From assembly GCA_030324005.1 (NCBI GenBank), contig JARDVH010000110.1, positions 2,571,080 to 2,635,079 of the forward strand: a DNA stretch of 64,000 nucleotides. Reading direction: 5' to 3'. The notes under the pieces were generated by a model. That model did not search any database. It was not told the origin of the DNA and worked only from the letters and a program-made list of their open reading frames with translations. A program made the position numbers and the translations under genes. This DNA is from Negaprion brevirostris (taxonomy: Eukaryota). Shown piece by piece: positions 26,446-39,234 of the stretch (position 1 is its first letter; the number at the start of each line of letters is the position of its first letter).

Positions 26446-28776
26446 TTGAGGGCTCTTTGTGGGATTATAACCTGTAATTGTTGTTTGGTTAAGGATTGTG
26501 GGACTCAAACACTCTGAGTGGTGATTACATTTGATTTTGTTTTCATATTTTGCATTCGGTTGGTTTAAGTAGGGATTGCCTTGTGGGATAAAGACTCCGT
26601 CAGTGGCCAAATGTTCATAGGAATGGAAGAAGCCACTCAGCGTAGTTTAAAATGGGTGAGTTAAAGCAAGGCTTTTGGAATTGGTAAATAATCTGCAAGG
26701 GTGAGGAAGGCGAAGATAATTGGAGTGATAATTCAGCATTTGCAGTTGCCAGAGACACAACTGAATTCATTGTACAATGCTAGCAGTAATTTTCAAATAA
26801 AACAGCTTGAATCAGAAGCATCAAAAGAGAGAAAGTAGCGAACGCAAGGGAGAGAAAAGGGATCACAGAGAAAAAAAATGGAAACTGTTTGAATTGCAGG
26901 CAAGAGAAAAAGGCAGGGAAAGAACAGTCCTAGTAAAGGAAAAAAGAACGAAAGAAAGAATGAGGTTCGGAAACTGGGACTGAAATATGAACGACAATTT
27001 CCAATGGTGCAGGTAAAGATAACGTCTGAGACCAGTGCTGAGGATATTGAGGGAGACTGAACACATCAGACTCAAAGGTTTGGTTGCGATCTGTTTATAT
27101 ATGCCCAATTATTTGCCAATGTTTGACGAGAAGGATGTGGGACACTTTATTCATTTCATTAGAAAATGTAGTAAAACAAATGGCCCACTGACTATGTGAG
27201 TATTTTTGATTCAAACAAAATTGGTCGGTAAAGCTAGTGAGGTGTTTGTGTCAGGGGAGGTATCTGGAAATGAGGATGAAGTGTAAAAAAAAAATCTTAA
27301 GGTAATACGAGGAAGTGGCAAAAGCCGAGAGACGATGGCTCAGAAATCCGAGGAAGGAACCTGGCCAAACTTACAGGGAGTATGAAAGGAGCAAACAATG
27401 TCAATTTGATAGGTGGAGCAGGGAAATGAGAATGGACCAGACATTTGAGGCTCTCAGTGACACGACTACTTTGGAAGAACTTAAAAAAAAATGATTTGCT
27501 GAAGTTATGAGAAGTTTCGTGACGGAAGAGAAGGTTAAAACTGTGAGTTTCGCAACAGAAGTAGCGGATGATTACGAACCAGTTCATAAATAAATGTGTG
27601 TTTCACCATCAGTTTTAGACCGAAAAAAAGCTAATATTTAGCGGGGAGGGGCAAGTCGGATCTCATGCGAGCAGGTGNNNNNNNNNNGTGAATGTACTTT
27701 TCCTCAGTTTCAAAAGGAAATGCATGAGGTTGGAAGAGGATTTAAAAGAAAACGCGTCAGATGTTTTCACTGTAATTAGGTCGGAGACGCAAAGTCAAAG
27801 TGTTTGTGATTTAAGAAAAAACTCTGGGAAAGGTGGGTATGATGAAACAGGTAAGCCATTCGGTTTTGTTAAAGGGCTAAAGTAAACCCCGTTGAAGCTA
27901 AAGAGGTGAAAAGGGCTGTACAACATGATCAAGGTGTCATTGGCAGAAAATGCCAGATCAGTTCAAATAATTTACTTGTGTGGGAAAGGTTTACTCATGC
28001 GTACCAGGATCAATAGTTAAAGAAGTTACAATCACAAGAGATACGGTATAAATTAAATACTTCGTGCTAAGAGATGAGGATTTATGTAGTTTAGAAGGAG
28101 AATTGCCAGAAAAAAATGATAAGTGGAAGTCAGGGTGAGAAGAGTAGTGTCCCATTCCATAAGGTGAGGTTGGAGAGTCCGACGAAATGTGTTGAAGTGC
28201 TGGTAGGGACAGTAGAGAACGTCTGCATTCCGCGAATACAGTTTATCCTGGGAACATTGTCGCTGGATCGCAGGAGGGAGTGAAACCAAATGTGTTTGAA
28301 AAGCCAGTGCAAGATGAAACAGCTAAACTGTTAAAGGAAAGACATCCTGGGACTTTTCCTGATTGCATGGTAACAAGATCAGAAAGCCAGAGGTTAAGAC
28401 AAGAGGAGAAGTCAAATAATAGAGATAAAGCAGCTGGACTTCAATTATCAGAGAACGTTTTTGATCGGAGGGTTGAAGTTAACAAGAACAGATGGAAGAT
28501 GAAATAACAGTTTTTAGTGCAAGAGCATCGACAGGATTACAGAAGAAATATATTGAGATGAAACAGCTGTATCAAAGAGCATGCATGGAAGAAGAATCTG
28601 AGTGTACAACAAAATGTTATAACCTCAAAAAAAATTATGAGGAAATGGAGACCTTAAATTACTGACCCAGATGAAAAATGGGCAGAATTTCATCAACTTT
28701 TATTACCGCTGATTAATAGAAGGGAAGTGCCCTGTATAGCACATGAACAACCAATAGGGATTATTTTGATGCTAAA
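25645..28776 (+). mobile_element. Degenerate Gmr1-type Gypsy LTR retrotransposon (5' LTR, gag, protease, start of integrase), cut by a gap
   Basis: Frameshifted gag-like peptides (ARLLELVNNL; LPMFDEKDV; LIQTKLVGKASEVF), CCHC-type knuckle relic CFHCN*VGDAKSKC at 27762-27803, protease-like EVTITRDT at ~28022-28045, then MRKWRP..DEKWAEFHQLLLP...AHEQP (integrase N-region) at ~28637-28760 with no RT in between. Confidence 0.8.
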
Positions 28777-28876
28777 NNNNNNNNNNNNNNNNNNNNNNNN
28801 NNNNNNNNNNNNNNNNNNNNNNNNNNNNNNNNNNNNNNNNNNNNNNNNNNNNNNNNNNNNNNNNNNNNNNNNNNNN

Positions 28877-30450
28877 CTTCAGCTTTGCTCCTAAGTGGCG
28901 ACCGATATAATGGTGCTTCCATTGTTTATGTTTCCATAGTTAAAGCCAAATACAATGTTTTCTTAAATCTTCTGGACTGATTCCTGCAATAGCAGGGGCA
29001 GTATCTCCTAAATCGATACCGCCAACTCTTCCATTTGCCTTCGCTTCCTGTGAACCCCATATCCAGGCACTTTTCAAACCCACTACTGGCTTTCTTCGAG
29101 CTAACTGTTTATGATAGCAGAAAGGTCAAATTTCCACATGACAATATGTTTGCATTCGAATACATGCATAGTATCCTACCGTGCAACTACTCACTTTCCA
29201 ATATGACCCGAGCAGCCTGCCTTTCCAAATATTCCATATACTCGGTATTTCTCTCTGGTGTTATGAATTTTCTCCGCCCAATATCCGGTTTGATTAAACT
29301 CTTCATAGTAGATCAACCCGCCCCAATGCACCGGTTTCCAGCCATGCATTGACCTGTTTCTGTCTCGTAATTGGATCCTCACTTGTGCACGACACTGGGA
29401 GAAAGACTGAAATAACATTTTTGGGTCCCTCCTCGCTAATTTCCTACCTAGCGGTAGAGATCTGACTCCAGGACTACGCCATCGTACCCCCAGCTGCGCA
29501 CCACCCCCCCTCCACTCCGCCCAGCCTCCATCCCACAATGCAACAAGGACTGCCGCAAATTGTTCTCCTATTGAAATTTGATCACTTTTACAATCTCATT
29601 CCCTCCAAAAAAAATAGGTAAGTCCAGGCTTTCTATGTTACTCGGCGACAAAATATACTGCCGTTGAAACATTTCCTGAATGCTTTCTTTGAACTCGTGC
29701 CAGTCTCAGATTTGGGTTCCACTCTTTTTTCAGGTCAATAAAGGAATCGTTTTGATGTACTGTTTCTCTTGTACCACTCTGCAATTTTGTTGCAAATGTG
29801 TTCCTCTTCAGCTTTGCCACTAAATGGAGACCTATATAATGGTGCTTCCACAGTTTGTATTTGGCTTTAACTATGGAAAAACAATGTCTTCTTAAATCTT
29901 CTGGACTGATTCCTGAAATAGCAGAGGGAGTACCTCCGAATCAATACCACCAACTCTTTCATTTGCCTTCGCTTCCCGTGAACCCCATATCCAGGCACGT
30001 TTCAAACCCATTACTGGCTTTCTTCAAGCTAACTGTTTATTATAACCAAAAGATCAAGTTTCCATATAACAGTATGTTTGCTTTCGAATACATGCATGGT
30101 ACCCTACGATGCAACTAGTCACTTTCCAATATGACCCCAGCAGCCTGCCTTTCCAAATATTCCATATATTCGGCATTTCTCTCTGGCGTTATGAATTTTC
30201 TCCGCCTGACGCCCGGTTTGATTCAACCCTCTATAATAGATGAACCCGCCTCCAATGCACCGATTCCCACTCATTGATTGACCTGTTTCTCTCTCGTAAT
30301 TAGATACCTACTTGTGCACGACACTGGGAGAAAGACTGAAATACCATTTTGGGTCCCTCCTCGCGAATTTCCTACCGAGCTACAGAAATTCTGACTCCAG
30401 GAATACGCCATCACCCCACCCCCAGCCCCCAGCTTCTCCATGCTCTCCAC
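28877..30450. repeat. Tandem duplication of a ~650-bp unique-looking block (28877-29530 and 29807-30450)
   Basis: Collinear diverged identity, e.g. ttaaatcttctggactgattcctg and catttgccttcgcttc in both. Confidence 0.9.
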
Positions 30451-32814
30451 CCTGCCCACCATCCATCCCACTCTTTCTGCTGATGCCTGTGGTACCAATG
30501 TGTATCGCCGCTGCCGATTGCCATCCTTGAAACTGGCACCATGGGGATAATTTCACAACGTGTTGTCAATGTCTGTTCATTGACTTTTCCATGTACATTT
30601 GATCCAGCATACTCCAGATGAAAAAGAGAGACGTTCATAGAATCATGGCAATCCACAGTGCAGAAGGAGGCCATTTGGTCTTTCGGGCCTTCACAGGCCA
30701 CAATCACAGGCCCCATAACCCGACGCATTTCTCCTAGTTAGTCCTCCTGACAGTAAGGAGCAATTTAGCATGGCGAATCCACCTAACCCACACATCTTTG
30801 CACTGTAATTCAGAACTGCTGGACGAAACATGGGGAGAATGTGATTCCGATGCTGCGTATGAAAACATAGCCCTGACTCAAAACCAATTTCATGGAAGCA
30901 TTACAAGAGTGTTTCACGTCAAGCTTTAGCTTAGTGACATAGTTATCCTTCTTATACGGACGGGACGTTGGGCCAATAAGGCCTCTAGAAAGCCCTCTAG
31001 AATAAGAGGTCATCGATTTAGTGGAAGACGTCCAGATTTAAAACAAAGATGGCGAGTTCTATCTAAGGATTCTCAGCCTCTGGATTTCAGGACACAGAGT
31101 GTGGTAGATACCTGCGCCTTCGGCAAATGTAAGGAAGGGGTGAAAAGAATTGGAATTAGAAAGTATTTTGATGGGTTATAATGAACCGGTTGGAAAGTGC
31201 TGTTGAGGTCAAAATGAGATCAGCCATCATCGCACTAAATGACGAAGCAGGCTCTAGCAGGTGAACTGCCTACTCCTAGTTCTTATCATTCACAACTTAT
31301 TACCACAACTATTTTAGTGCCATCTGCAACTTTGGTTTTGATAACTTATATGATTGAATGTTTAGCATAGTTCGCAAATAACTGGGGCCCGATGATCGAA
31401 CCTGATGCATCCCATTAGTTACATCTTGCAAACTGAGAAATACAATGTTCTCCAAACTCTGAGTTTTCTCTTGTTTAGCCAGTCCTCTAGCCGAGTTAGT
31501 ACATTTCCACTAACCCCAATCATATTAGCAACCATTCAGTTTTCTTCTTACAACTTTGAATAAATCTAGGAAATTATTAAGACACGATTTCCTATTCATT
31601 AAAAAAAAAATCAACTGATGGGTTGCGTTTGAATTCCCAAATGCTCTAACGTTGGTTCATTAAACATGGATTCAGCAAGTTGCCAACAGCAGATGTCAAC
31701 CTAGCTGGTCTATAGATGTATACGTTTTCCTTCCTCAGTTTTTGAGTAAGGGTGCTAAATTAGCATTCTTCCAATCTACTTAAACTTTCTCCACATCCAT
31801 GTAATGTTGCAGGACCCGACCCAATGAATCCACTAAATGTGCTGCCACATCATTAAGGATACTCGGATGGAGGTCTTCGTGTCCTGGGGGTGTCGCTGTC
31901 TTCAATCCCAATGGTTTGGTCAACACGTTTTTCCTGTTCAGTATGAATATTCTAAGCTCCTTCCTTTTCACTACCCATGCGTGCCATTGGGAGGGCCCTA
32001 CCCTCATCCACTGTGAAAACCAAGGCAGAATCTGCGGTCAGTGTCACGACCATTTCCCCGTTCCCCGCTGTTTGCTGCTTTGGGGACCCGCTCAGGTCGG
32101 AAAATGCAGAGTGTAGATGTCAGTCTATGCTGTTATTTTGGACTCATTGGGCATCTGGCTTTTTCAATCTGTTGTGCTGTTTGTAATATACTGTCCATTT
32201 TTGCCTTCCCTCTGAAACAAGTGTGCCATTTCGTGCTACATATTTAGCCTTCTACAAAGATACGCACTCCGGTTCTGATCCATGCTTTGAGGCGAAATTT
32301 CTTTTTTTTTTAGTGAGCTTATGGTCGAATGAAGCTTTATTTTGCATCGGGCGAGGCTGCCAGTAGAAAGATGAGCCTTTAGTGTCCATCTGGAATTGGT
32401 CCCCAGATGGCGGTTTTCAGCCGCGTTCTCAGATTTCTGAAATTCATTGGGTATAGATACACTCACAGCGCTGTTACTGAGTCACCTTCATGACACTCCC
32501 TCTGTAAGATTGGAGGAATGGTAATACTTTTCCAATTCAGGATATTTCGTTCCTTGGAGGGGAGCATGCCAACCGTGCTAGTTCCATGCATCTGCTGGCC
32601 TTGCCCATATCGACCGAGGGAATCGCGGGTTGTAATGACAAGCCTGCGTGTTTCAAAACGGACGTTACAACGAGAAGGGCAGTGAAATGATTTATCGGTT
32701 ATATTTTGGATCATGAGTTTATAGTGAATAACAAACAGAGGTTCTCAAGGCAAATAAATGCTTATGCAGCCTAATCAGGTGGTTTGCTGAGATTCTGCAT
32801 GTGTCACGAGAATG

Positions 32815-33017
32815 CTTGCACTATGCAGGAATGTTTGTGACAGTGATTGTTTACGAATTCGTTCACCTGTGAGACGATGTTTGTATGACTTTTTTTTTAA
32901 TCAGTCTCTCAGTGCCCTTATGAGAGACTGACTTCAAAAAAAGTCATACAAACATCGTCTCACAGGTGAACGAATTCGGAAACAAACATTGTCACAAACA
33001 TTCCTGCATAGTACAAG
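32815..33017. repeat. Long near-perfect inverted repeat (97-bp arms, 9-nt loop)
   Basis: 32815-32911 pairs with 32921-33017; loop gtgccctta. Confidence 0.97.
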
Positions 33018-33189
33018 GCTTGTTTTTTTTTTACATACATCTTGCGGTATTTGACAATATTAAACAATGTATTGGAGACCTCTCTGATGCTCTGATAAGC
33101 TGCTGTCTGGGATGCTCCACACATGTCTGAGAAACACTAAGGGGGAAATCGTTGTATAGGCTCAAAATTTTAGTGGCAATGTTGTGAAT

Positions 33190-35090
33190 GTATTTACATC
33201 AGAAACTGAGACACTTGCAATAAAGAAACATCTGCAGTAATGGAGACATTACTCTTGGAATAGATTGTGGAAATAAAATTAGTGACAGGAATAGAGAGAA
33301 AACATTCTTAGTGTGTATGCAGGGAGTTGTTTTGGACCAATATCTTGAGTAAGCAATTAGAAAACAGAGCACTCTAGACTGGATATTGTTTAATGAGAAA
33401 GGAGTAATTGGCAACCTAATTGTGTGCGACCCCTTGGGAATGAGAGACCATAATATGGTCGAATTCTTCATCCAGATGGCGAGTGGTACAGTTGATGCTG
33501 AATCGAGGATCCTAAGTAATTAAACAAAGGACATTACAATTTTATGAGGCGTGAGCTGGCTACAACGTGTTGAGTGATGCTACACAATGGAATGACAGCA
33601 GAAGTTATGGTAAACATTGAAAGAGTGCATGGGCTAACTGCATCAAGTGTTCATTTCTCTTTGGCGCCAAAAGAAAATGCCAAATGTGGGCCAGCAATAG
33701 CTTGCAAGGGAAATTAGAGATGACATTAGGTGCACGGGATTGGCTACAGTGAAACAACAAATCTGCTTATTGAGAGCAGTTTAGAAGTCAACAAATAAAC
33801 ACTAAATATTAATCAAAAACGAGATAATATAAAATAGCAATAAGCTTGGGCTAAAAATGAAACTTACTTCAAAGATGTCTATAGTAGCATGAAAAGCAAA
33901 CTAATGCTGAAGGAAAATGTAGTGCCTTACAGTTAGAAACGGGGAGATATAACATGCAAACAAATCAATGGCTGACCAAATAACTACCTACATTAGTTGT
34001 ATACTCACAAAAGAAAACACACAGAACACACCAGAAATCTAAGGTAACACGTGGTTTACTTAAAGGGAGGAACTGAAAGAAATCAGTATTAACAATAATG
34101 GTAGAAATAATGGGATTGAAGGCAACGGCCTGATAACCTATATGCCGGTGTAGGTACGTAAGTGGCCCTAGGAAGAAAATGGATTAATTAGCGATCATCT
34201 TCCAATATTCTAAAGAGTTTGCAGCACATTGGCGGCTAGCCAATGTAATCACATAATGGAAAATTGCGAGGTCGCAAGAAATCAGGGTATTATAGACCAG
34301 TCAGCCTCGGCAGGTAGTTAGGAAAAAACGAGTCCTTTATTCCAAAAAAAAGGAGAATACTTAGAAACCTATGGCAGGATCGGAGAGATTCAGCATCCAT
34401 TTACAAAATGGAAACCCGGCTTAGCAAATGTAATTGAATTCTTAGAGGGTATAACTATTACAGTCGATTGTGGGGCGGGGAATAGTGGGCGTTTGGACGT
34501 TCACAAGACTTTTGACAAAGGCCCACGTAAGATATCGGCGTGCAAAATTAAAACATACTGGATATCCAATATTAACCTGGATAGAAAAGTAGTTAGGAGA
34601 CAGGAGAAAAAGGATAGGGATGAAAGGCTTCATTTTTTCCCAAATTGCAGGCATTGATTTGTGGGGCACCATTGGACTCGATGCTAGGACCACCACTATT
34701 CAGAACATATATTCATGATTTAGATGAAACAATTAAATTAAATATTTTCATATTTGTATATTGTGCTGAAGCTGAGCAATGAGGAAAATGCAGTGATACT
34801 TTAGTACAATTTGGACAAGCTGAGTGAATGGGCAGATTCATGGCAGATCCATATTAATGTAAATAAATGTGTAGTTATCCACTTCGGTAGCAAAATCATT
34901 GAGATATAATATTATCTGTATTGTTATAAGTTGGAAGAGAAGAATATCCAAAGAGATACTGGTGTCCGTCCATCAGTCGATAAAGGGAAGGATGGAGGTA
35001 CAGTATAGTGTAAAGTTGACCAATGGCATGTTGGAGGTCTTCATAGAACGAGAATTGTAGTATAGCGGCAGGGAACTCTTGCAGCATGTG
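33190..35090 (+). mobile_element. Long degenerate CR1 ORF2 relic (endonuclease end through RT)
   Basis: LDWILFNE/PLGMRDHNMV-like peptides, ccagtcagcct (RPVSL), gacttttgacaaag, gttatccacttcggtag; many stops and frameshifts. Confidence 0.8.
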
Positions 35091-35105
35091 GGCTTTGCCA
35101 CTCCT

Positions 35106-35410
35106 GGCAGCACAGTGGTATATTGGTTAGTATTTCTGCCGCACAGCCCCAGGGTCCCGGATTCGATTCCCGGCTTGAGTTACTGAGTGTGGAGTTTGCA
35201 CGTTCTCACCGCATCTGCGTGGGTTTCCTACGGGAGCCATGGTTTCTTCCGCAATCCATAAGATGTGCGGGTTATTTGGATCGACCATGCTAAATTGTCC
35301 CTTAACATCAGGGTGACTAGCTAAGGTAAATTCATGGGGCTATGGGGATAGGGCCTGAGTGGTCAGTGCAGACTCAATGAGCTAATTGGCCTCCTTCTGC
35401 GCTGTAGTAT
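35106..35410 (+). mobile_element. Near full-length HE1-type SINE
   Basis: ggcagcacagtggt...ggattcgattcccggc (B-box-like)...tgtggagtttgcacgttctc...ggcctccttctgcgctgta. Confidence 0.85.
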
Positions 35411-35914
35411 TTTGTAAATGCTCTATTCAAAAAAAGATCTATTTATGCAGGATATAGCCCTTCAGAGCTCATCCAAACTGACAAAATAATAATAGTTGAC
35501 CGACACAGTTAATTCTTCTTTTTAAACATTTTCAAAGAGTATGGTATGTCGTTCCTTAATGCAAGACAATTGACACAAAATATTCGGCTTTTGTATCCCC
35601 TTTCAATGTGTATTTGCCAATCAAGTTAGTTCTCGAATTTTTTTTTAATGAGTTACAACATAATGAAGCATTTCACAATATATTTTATGATTGCAACGTA
35701 ATTTCATGTGGTTAAGGAAGCAGAACAATCTTAAAGGTACAATTCCAAAATCTTTCAACAAACTGAGAAATCATGGCTTAAAGTTGTCGGTGACGTGCCA
35801 TTTACAGAAACCTGGTTTTTATAAAGAGAAACGCCGATTGCTAAGATTCTGGAATCTGCATTAAACACAAAAAGTTCCTGAAAAACTCAACTGATCTGAC
35901 AGCATTTTTTTTTT

Positions 35915-36750
35915 ACATGCATGGGATATGGGCGTCGCTGGTTGACAAACGTTATTGCCCAACCCTAGTTGCATTTGAGAAGGTGGTGCTGAGCCCGCTT
36001 TTTGAAACGCTGCAGTCCACGTGCTGTGGGTTGGCCCACAATGTTGTCAGTGAGGGAATTCCAGGATTTTGACCCAGTGACTGCGAAGGAACGGCGATAT
36101 TTTTACAAGCCTGAGGGAGAGTGGTTTGGAGGGGAACTTGAAGGTGGTGGTGGTGTTTCCCATGTGTCTACTGTGTTTGTCCTTCTATATGGATGTTGTC
36201 GTGGGTTTGGCACGTTCTCTCTAAGGAGCTTTGGTCAGTTACTGCAGTGCATTTTGTAGATAGTACATACCGTTGTTACAGAGCATCAGTGGTGGAGGGA
36301 GCGGATATTTATGGATATTGTGTCATTCAAGTGGCTGCTGAAACCTGGATGATGTCAAGCTCATAGATGGGTGCAGCTCTAGCATGACTCAAAGTAAATG
36401 GGAGTATTCCATCCCACTCCTGCATTGTGTCTTTTATGTGGTGGGCAGGCTGTGGGCATGAGGAGCTGAGTCACTTGACCAGTACTCCTAGCCTCTGACC
36501 TGCTCTTTTGGGCACTGCGGTAATGCGGCAAGTCCAGTTGAGTTTCCGTCCAATAGTAACTCCAAGTTGTTGTCAGTGGGGGAGTCATTGATCGTAAAGT
36601 CAACGAATATCAAGGGGCGGTGGCAAGAGTATTTCTTGTTGGTGATTGTCATTGCGTGGCATTTGTGTGACGCGAATATTATTTGCCACTTGTCAGCCCA
36701 ATCTGCATATTGTCCAAATCATGTTGTGTTTAGACATGGGCTGCTTCTGT
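35915..36750 (-). mobile_element. L2-type LINE 3' fragment
   Basis: Minus strand has ADWADKWQI, YKRHNAGVGWNTP-like relics and the tail shared with other copies (gcgacgcccatatccc). Confidence 0.65.
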
Positions 36751-38815
36751 CGAGAAAAGTTAGAGCTGACGTCAGCTCTGAGGAAAAGTCACCTTGATTC
36801 GAAACTTTAGCTCTATTCTCTAAGCGCAGATGCTGGGAAACGTGTTGATATTTTTACCCCAGCACTTTTACTTTTCCAGCACTTATTAATAAATCTGGGA
36901 AGTGGTGATGAAATGTTATAAAACACTGGTTCAGTCTTAAGTGGATTGTTGCATTCCGACTGGCTACCATAAATTAGCAAGGATGTGAACATGTTGTAAC
37001 AGATGCGAGAAAGACCTGGGGTTGGTGGGGTGATGATTGCGAGGATGGGAGGCCTTTAGATTTGGAGTTGTATTACGTCCATCCCTTTCACCCAGGGGCA
37101 CATGTTCGAGTCCAGATCCAGAGTGTGATGCACAAGCTGTCAACCTGTGTGATATTTTCAGTACCTGCCAAGAGTGAAAAGTGTCCCTATCAGCCTAAGT
37201 CGTGCTATAAAAGTTTAGCAAGGGTCTTCTGATATCAAAAAAAAAATCTCTATAACAAGCAGGTTTCGTGGCAATATGTTTGGATTGGGGTGTGTCATCC
37301 ATATTTTGAACTTAATTTGTGATTTGTTGCTTTTTGGTAAACTCATTGCCTCCTCATGTCCTTGCTCGTTTGAGTTGATCTCTGGTGGTGGTGGTGGGGT
37401 GGGGGGGCGGGGTTGTTTAGTTTACTTTAGTTTTGGCTTATCCAAAAGAAAATCCCAGGGATGAAGAATTTGGGCTACCTGGTGGAGTTCAAGATGTCGG
37501 CGCTGTTCCACTTAAAGAGGCAAATGATTGGTTTTCCCAATCACGATGTCACTGGGCGGAATATATAGATAGAATGCAAAGCACTAGCACCAACTGGCAA
37601 AAAAAAAATAAAGCGATTGGCGAATGAATGGAAGGAAACGAGGGGGAGAACCTTCACATTTTCCAAGAATTTGGATTTGGAATGCATGGCTGGAAATTGT
37701 GGTGGAGGCAGGTTCAATCATGACTTTCAAAGGGAAAATGGATAAGCACCCTGAGAGGAAACAATTACAGGAACACGAGGAAATTACGGCAGTGCAAGCC
37801 ACTACATCTGTCTTGCACAGAGACAGCACAGGATTCATGCCACGAATGATCTCGTCAAAAGCTCCAACAATTATATGATTTGATTGTCATCACGAATCGG
37901 AATTGCAAAACGATTTCAGAAACACGACTCAATAATCCCAATTTGTGCCACAAATACGGTTCGCTGTCCAATGAACGCAACAAAAGGAGGAAATAGACCC
38001 ACACTCTTGCATATCAGTGCCCTTACTCAACAGTTTAAGATTATATGTTCAGAGAATATTAGTTTATACAATAGAAACAAAAAACGCCTACCTATCCCAG
38101 ATATTGAACTCCAGTCACTATCACTGGACATCCAGTAATTTTAAGTGCCATGGAGCAATATATTTGTCTGATGAATATATATCACAGAGCCAGAATATTT
38201 CCAAGTCCCGAGACCTGTTTGAGTTTCGAAAGTCCAAAATAAATTAGAAATGCAATGTTTCAGTGTTCTGTTTGTGGACCAGTAGCTTGAATCCATACTA
38301 TAACATGTTCACAAACTGCCACTTTCTAATTTACTGTGCATCAAGTTAGCCAGACATCTCGTTCTCTCGCACGTTCACTTTCTGTATGCATCTCTCCATC
38401 TCCTGCGTACTGCGCTACGTTAGGAATTGTACCAAATATCCCGTTTTCTTTTAACTTGCCGTCCTCTTTGCGCGCATGAAAATATCTATTGGCAGAGACG
38501 CGTGCAAATACTGATATCTGCCAAAACGGGCTTTAATAACTGCGCACATGTACTGAAAATACAAAAGGAGATAAAATGCATGTATTGACACACACGTATG
38601 GGCAGGTTGCAAAGACAAATAAGCGTACATGGACGTTAGGGCAAACGTTAATACATAGAGTGACAGGTCGGGACTGAATTGGCATATACAGTGAAAAGAT
38701 GTAATTTTGTACTCAAGGACGGATACTGACGCATATATGGACAACTACTGTCTAAGACGGGAAAAAAGAAAAAGTACTTTGCTGACATCACGATGGACAG
38801 GTAAAAATATCTACT

Positions 38816-38821
38816 TTTATT
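38816..38821 (-). terminator. Candidate AATAAA polyadenylation signal of the ART gene
   Basis: tttatt on the + strand, about 415 nt downstream of the ART stop codon. Confidence 0.4.
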
Positions 38822-39234
38822 GCTATAATTGCCTCGGAACAGGCGATGAAATCCATGGTGTTAGTTGGGATAGATACAAAGACATGTAACGCCAAGTATG
38901 AACTGATACTAACATGCGCATGGATAGGTAGTGACACGGACAGGTACCTGAATGTCCACAACTGATATTGACTGTGAAAGGGACAGATGGGCATTTCCGT
39001 TGTAATATACAGTGACAACCACAGTAAAACATAAGGGTCGATGATGACATTCAGGTCGAGAAACTAGAATTTGCAAGCAAATGATTGACACGATTTGTTA
39101 TGCACCGTGACAGATTCTTGTATGCATAGCGGTAATAGTTGAGCATCCTTTATCAACCAAACATATCTTAACAAATATTAGCTGTGATTGCCCGTTAGCA
39201 AAGCGATGTTAGCCATGTTAACCAGCAACAGAAC

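Noticed and set aside
29812-29841. 30-nt plus-strand micro-exon (and paralog at 28883-28912)
   Set aside because: Acceptor plausible but donor GTGCTT is poor; no independent support
35106-35180. tRNA gene
   Set aside because: A/B-box-like head continues into the SINE body; tRNA-derived SINE, not a tRNA
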